From positions 29,574,001-29,638,000 of the forward strand of contig CM022673.1 of the NCBI GenBank assembly GCA_012295275.1: a stretch of DNA of 64,000 nt, given 5' to 3'. The position numbers and the translations under genes were made by a program. The notes below the pieces were generated by a model. It was not told the DNA's origin, did not search any database, and worked only from the letters and a program-made list of their open reading frames with translations. This document shows positions 58,354 to 64,000 of this stretch, piece after piece (the first letter of the stretch is position 1; the number at the start of each line of letters is the position of its first letter). The stretch comes from Chrysomallon squamiferum (Eukaryota > Animalia > Mollusca).

Positions 58354-58722
58354 TCACAGAAAGTGACTTCTGACGGTGCTGCTAGAAAAAGCATTGTTTG
58401 TGAAGGTCAGCAAAATGGCTTGTCTGTGGATGTCTCGACGTCGGCGCACGTAGCTTATCTCCATGATGACCCAGAGAAAGACAATAGCGACAACTACAGC
58501 CCCCAAGATGCAAAGAATGTAACGCAGGTAAGTAAACCTCATTTGCTGCTGCAGCTTAATCTGTTTTTTTCTCAGCTCGTTGTCCAAGGGAGCGTTGAAC
58601 ATGGACACGACAACAACGACCGTTACAACCGATACAATAAACAGCATCCCACATATCATTGCACGTTTTTGTAACGTCATCGGGTTCAGTCGACTGTATT
58701 GCCGGAATAATTCATGCATTAC
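58354..58722 (-). CDS. MARCH-like E3 ligase variable terminal exon V1 (122 aa)
   Basis: Acceptor ATGTTGATTTCGCAG|GTA, phase 0, nearest to the RING donor. VMHELFRQYSRLNPMTLQKR...WVIMEISYVRRRRDIHRQAI. Confidence 0.85.
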   Translation of the reverse strand, partial: VMHELFRQYSRLNPMTLQKRAMICGMLFIVSVVTVVVVVSMFNAPLDNELRKKQIKLQQQMRFTYLRYILCILGAVVVAIVFLWVIMEISYVRRRRDIHRQAILLTFTNNAFSSSTVRSHFL

Positions 58723-59303
58723 CTGCGAAATCAACATAGTTTATATCAGTCATCAATCAAGACTTTTTTCGTTCTATTCTTTTTTTTCATGCTCTATTTT
58801 TATTTTTTCTATTTTTTGAAAACTCCCATTCTGTGTAAATGAGATGTAATTGTTAAGATAAATATCACACTTATTTTGTTATTTTACTTTCTGCCAGATG
58901 TTAAGTGAAAGTAATACCTACATTTATCAAAAAAAATAAGAGAAAAAAGGCCAGGCTACCTGCTGATAATGAGTACTTTACTACAGCTATGATCTAAGAA
59001 ATTATTTACACATGTTTTCGTTAGAACATCAACAACTGAAAGCCAGACAAGAATCGTGAACGATGTTGCCAAGAACTCCCGTTTCACTTGACAATCAAGA
59101 AGAGAAAGTTCTAATTATACAAATATTAATAAGCATCAAAATAATCCCATTACTAATAATACAGGCAGATTAACAGTATTTTTGTGTGAACTTACACACA
59201 TCTAGTTTTGTTTGATTTTTTTTTTTTTTTTGCATGTGTATTGTTATTTTTGTTTTCTTGTTTGTTTCACAGTTTATGTTTTATCATCATTTTAACAGGT
59301 TTC

Positions 59304-59402
<99 letters not shown>

Positions 59403-60134
59403 TTGATCGCTGTTGAAACACTAAATTTATATTTGGTCTGGCTAGTGATAATTAGTTGTGGCAACATAAACAGACGTTTGGAACAAATTCATATGAAAGC
59501 TATTAAACATCCACCATTTAATTCCTAATGAGTATTAAAATACAGTGAAGTAATTGTGTTACAGACCAGTGACCCTCACTAAGCACAGCATTCAAGACAG
59601 TTTGTACACTGCATAGATACTACGTTTTGTTTGAAAATCTGTTGTATGACAACCGTGTTCAAATTCAGCATGCATCCACAATGCTTGAAATTATATGAAT
59701 ATCTTGTGCAACAAAAGCTAAATAGTAGATCTCGCTAAACAGTTGGAATTCAATGTGCAATAAAATAATAGTTATATGTGATATTATCATTCTGCTGAAA
59801 GAGTAATCAGTCTTGTTTGTCATGATTTTTCGAATATTAATTGCCCCTTTAATTAGTTCAGAACATAAAATCAGCTATGTCTATATAACTGAAGCAGTCG
59901 TAATTAGAATTGAAAACTGTCTTTCTTTCAACACATCTACCCACTCAGTTAGTCACACGCAACACTGTATTATATTCTTATTAATATAATGATACCAGTG
60001 GTGTAAGTAACAGTAACAAAGAGAATATATTAATATTTTTGCTACAGACTTCTCTGTATTAAAAAATCTGATTTAAATACAATTTAAACGTCAAGTGTGT
60101 ATGTGTCTGTATCATGCGAACATTTACTGCAATG

Positions 60135-60238
<104 letters not shown>

Positions 60239-61545
60239 TCAGGGAGAGAGTACCGAAGCATTTTTGTTTGTGAAATTATTTCATATAAATAAAGGTGAAA
60301 CAGACAAGAGTTTATGACAGTAACACATAGCAGATGAACTGAAGGAACAGATCATCCATTACTTATAAAACATTTCACATAAAACTTCAAATCGCAAACT
60401 TTTATGCTATTTTAAATTATAACAAACATCTGGATACAAAACAGTATCATTGAACTTCATTTTACCTTCACCCCATGACCAAAATGATACATCAGTATTT
60501 TTTTTTTATTATTATTATTTTTTTATATAAACATATGTTAACAAAGTACAAAATATTAACACAAACTAAATCCTGATGGAATGAAATAAAATAAATTCAG
60601 AGCACTCACAAAGATTTCAAAAATGTAAAATTATGTACAGAATTCAAAGGATAATTTTGGAAAAACAAAAATGTGCAAAGATGCACGAATCACTGACTTG
60701 GCAACAGTGAGGAAAGCAGATGTTTTGAAAAAAGTGAAACATAGGTCAAAGGGTAACTGTATGAGCAATTATTCATATAAAATTATTTATTTATTTATTT
60801 ATATTATATATATATATATTTTCTTTTATTATTTTTACTTTTTTACTCAACATCAGTTAATATTACCGTAGATATATGTGAAGATTTCTTTTTCTTTAAT
60901 GCCTTTTTTTTTTTTTTTTAATATATATATATATATATTGTTCTTGGTTTTTTTTTTTCATTTTGCAACAGACATCATTTTAGTCAGTGATGCAACCTAT
61001 AAAATGGCAACTGTGAGAAATTGGGACGGTTTGGAACAAACAAAACGAGTTAGGTGTCGTTGATGAGTTTGTAGGAAGAAGACAACTCCATTTCAAACAC
61101 TAATTAAGTCTCATGAATATAAAACTATGAAAGAGAAAACCGAAAGAAAAGAAGGAAGACAGAAATAACGAAACGAAAGAAAAATAAAGTAAGGAAATAA
61201 ATAAATAAAAATAAAATACAAAAGTGAAAAAATAAAAATAAAATACAAAAGTGAAAAAATAAAAAGAGAAAAAAGAGAATGAAATAATGAAAGAACGAAA
61301 CAAAATAATTCACTGAATGAAACCAAATAATAAAATAATAATAATAATAATAATATTAATTTAAAAAATTGAAAGAAAAGAAAAGAAAAAAAGACAGAAC
61401 CAATAAAAAAAGTATAAATAAATTTAAAAATAATATATTCAGACAAGAATGAAAAAAAAAAAAAAAAAAAAGAAAAAGAAATGAAGTAATAAAGAAAGAA
61501 AAAAGGCGAGTGAGTAAAAAATTAAACAAGCGCTAACCAACTCAC

Positions 61546-61721
61546 CGTCTGCTCTCCCTCGGTAGTCTCTGTCAAGATAGGGGCGGGGACACTGGCGAAG
61601 GGGGACTTACACACCTCACAGGTGTTGTTGCCTTTGTAGTTGACCCAGTCGGTGAGGCAGGAGCGATGTACACACGCGAGGTCTCGCTTACAGCGGCAGT
61701 CTGACGTTTTCACAGGTTCAC
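61546..61721 (-). CDS. MARCH-like E3 ligase constant exon: C-terminal part of the RING-CH domain
   Basis: Acceptor TTGTTCCAG|GT (phase 1). (G)EPVKTSDCRCKRDLACVHRSCLTDWVNYKGNNTCEVCKSPFASVPAPILTETTEGEQT. Donor ACG|GTGAGT (phase 0). Confidence 0.92.
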
Positions 61722-62077
61722 CTGGAACAATAACAACAACAAAAATAACAACAACAAAGCTTTCTTGTGTATTTTTAGTTTTATTTTTAGCCTACAAATT
61801 CTCATTTAGAAGAAAGAAAAACAAAATCGATATAAAGAATACAGATGTAAACTAATGGCGAAGCGAAACATTTCTGTTGTTTTTATTTCTTTTTTTGTTA
61901 CTTTATTGACTTTATTTATTTTATTTTATTTATTTGTATTTTTATTTTAGTTACTTTTTTTTTTTTTTTTTTTTTTTTGTTAATGCTCATGTCTGGAAAT
62001 CTCGTAGTTTTCTTATAAAACAGAATATATAAATAAATAATTAAATAAATAAAATTAATTAATTAATTAATTAATTA

Positions 62078-62131
<54 letters not shown>

Positions 62132-62229
62132 TCCAATTTTAGGTTTTCTGCTTCTAGTTCAGAACTATACGGGGTATGATGATGTAAACAGAACTAATGT
62201 AAATAAATTAATTTGAAACGGAAATCTAC

Positions 62230-62356
62230 CTGTTTCTGCTTCTGTCAGCTGACAGATACGACATCGAATCGACGCATTCGACACGTTGGAATTTCCTGTC
62301 AAACGACTTTTTCTGGAAGACTCGGAAGTACTTCCCATGAGAACCGGTGAACTAGT
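62230..62356 (-). CDS. MARCH-like E3 ligase constant exon: N-terminus and first CxxC of RING-CH
   Basis: Not in the ORF track. Acceptor TTTTATACAG|ACT. TSSPVLMGSTSESSRKSRLTGNSNVSNASIRCRICQLTEAET(G). Donor G|GTAGAT (phase 1). Joined to the next exon it gives C-x2-C-x15-C-x-C-x7-H-x2-C-x3-W-x8-C-x2-C, the C4HC3 RINGv signature. Confidence 0.88.
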
Positions 62357-62452
62357 CTGTATAAAACAGAAACTTCAAATTCACTAACACAAATATTTCT
62401 ATCCAGTCTTATTTATTTATTTATTTATTTTGTTTAAAATCCTCGACTCCTG

Positions 62453-62532
<80 letters not shown>

Positions 62533-62967
62533 CACAAAATGTTGTGTTAAAATAAAAAGTTGTAAATAGAAGTCACTCATACAGTGATTGTGTATTTATT
62601 TCATTTTATTTATTTATTTATTTTCATCAAGTATCATAACTAAACCACAGTAATCCCAAACACGACGAATCAATGGAAATTAAAAATGCGATTATTAATT
62701 TTACTATTCACCAATGATACATTCTGTCAGTTAATTTCTAACAGGAAAAAACAGTAATATTAAATGGAGAAAAACTACAAAAACCCCCATCTAAATAGAT
62801 GTTAGTTCGACATATTTTCTTTATGTTCAAAGTGTAAAAAATTAGTTTTAAGATAAATGCTAAATGAAAGCAGTAGATTGAGTCATTATACGGATGATTA
62901 CTGTTTCTTCTGTTTAATATTATAATTATTATCATTGTTAGTTTAACAAAGAAAGCAGAACACTAAC

Positions 62968-63045
62968 CATTTGGTCCGCTTTTGATGATTTAGAAGATCA
63001 GTTTTGTGTTGGGTAGAACGCTTGGTGTCCTGCTTCGTGCTCCAT
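62968..63045 (-). other. Putative first exon of the MARCH-like gene, ending in ATG|GTTAGT
   Basis: ATG at 62970-62968 sits directly before a GT donor, phase 0 and in frame with the 62356 acceptor. A 15-codon uORF lies at 63045-62998. The 5' boundary is unknown, and an alternative in-frame ATG is at 62338. Confidence 0.45.
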
Positions 63046-63047
63046 AA

Positions 63048-63269
63048 TGACGTCGGACACTTTGAACGATATCTCTGACGTCATTACTAAAGCGCAGCAA
63101 TTAATACAATGATTATTAAAGAATTAGGATATAAAATTTAGAATATATTTTGTTTTGTTAACCAGAGATCTTCTGAAAATAATAATTGTTAAAATTTGAA
63201 TCCCCTAACAATTTATATTTAAGCTTAACTCATACTCATTATCATAAGTATGATACTTCCGGACCGGAA
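63048..63269 (-). promoter_or_regulatory. Putative promoter of the MARCH-like gene (CRE and ETS-like motifs)
   Basis: TGACGTC at 63048-63054, full CRE TGACGTCA at 63076-63083, inverted ETS-like TTCCGGACCGGAA at 63257-63269. Confidence 0.4.
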
Positions 63270-63494
63270 CTGCCTCCATAATGCCATTTCTAAAAACGAC
63301 ATGAACAAAAATGTCAAAATTATCAAACATTATGTTTGTTATTAAACAAGTGACTTTCCAAATAATCACTTATAAAGAAAGTTTAGACAAAAATAATACA
63401 TTATTTATACGAAGATGTTCTTAATCCAGCGACCTGGTTTTTGATAAAATCAAATTGACTTAAACACGTTTAATGAATTAGGAAATAAAACCTG

Positions 63495-63537
<43 letters not shown>

Positions 63538-63662
63538 AACACACACACACACACAAACGAAGGAAAAAAATACAGAGGTAAAAAATATATATAATAAGAA
63601 AACATAATAGTAATAATTGAGACATGATATGTGTGTGTGTGTGCGTGTGTGTGCGCGCGCGC

Positions 63663-63695
<33 letters not shown>

Positions 63696-64000
63696 TTGTT
63701 GTTTTTACAGTGTTTTTTAAACTTGGCTAAGAACTATACCGAAATCTGCAATTAGGAAATGTCATACAAGATTCCTCAGACAAAAACTATTATTTTCTAT
63801 TTATCTATGAATGGTAACATTTTGCTGTACAGTAAACACCACACACACTTGACTAACTCGCCTTCAGCTATGTCATTCTTAGAACCCTGGTCTCGCGTCC
63901 AAGGCTACCTAGAAAATATCTGCATCATTCTGTTCCTTTAGTCTTTTATATCTCGCTTCTCTGTTATTTTCTGTGTAACATAAGGATTGAATAATGACTG

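Overview
AT-rich, microsatellite-dense eukaryotic (invertebrate, probably molluscan) genomic DNA with two spliced minus-strand genes. (1) A two-exon neuropeptide precursor: signal-peptide exon 9186-9108, peptide exon 2363-1633. It encodes seven amidated QQGW(F/H)T(D/E)F-amide peptides. (2) The main finding: a MARCH-type (RING-CH/RINGv) membrane E3 ubiquitin ligase gene. Its constant RING exons (62356-62230, 61721-61546) end in a phase-0 donor. They are followed by a ~21-kb tandem array of nine paralogous phase-0 terminal exons (V1-V9, 58722 down to 38074). Each encodes a different two-transmembrane module plus cytoplasmic tail with its own stop codon. This looks like a 'constant RING + variable TM cassette' isoform-diversification system. 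Four cassettes (V6-V9) are recent duplications bounded by (CT)n microsatellites, and V5 carries a frameshift and a hAT-like MITE. The rest is minisatellites, microsatellites and LINE/SINE remnants. All gene models are inferred from splice signals and reading frames by eye; no expression data or database searches were available.
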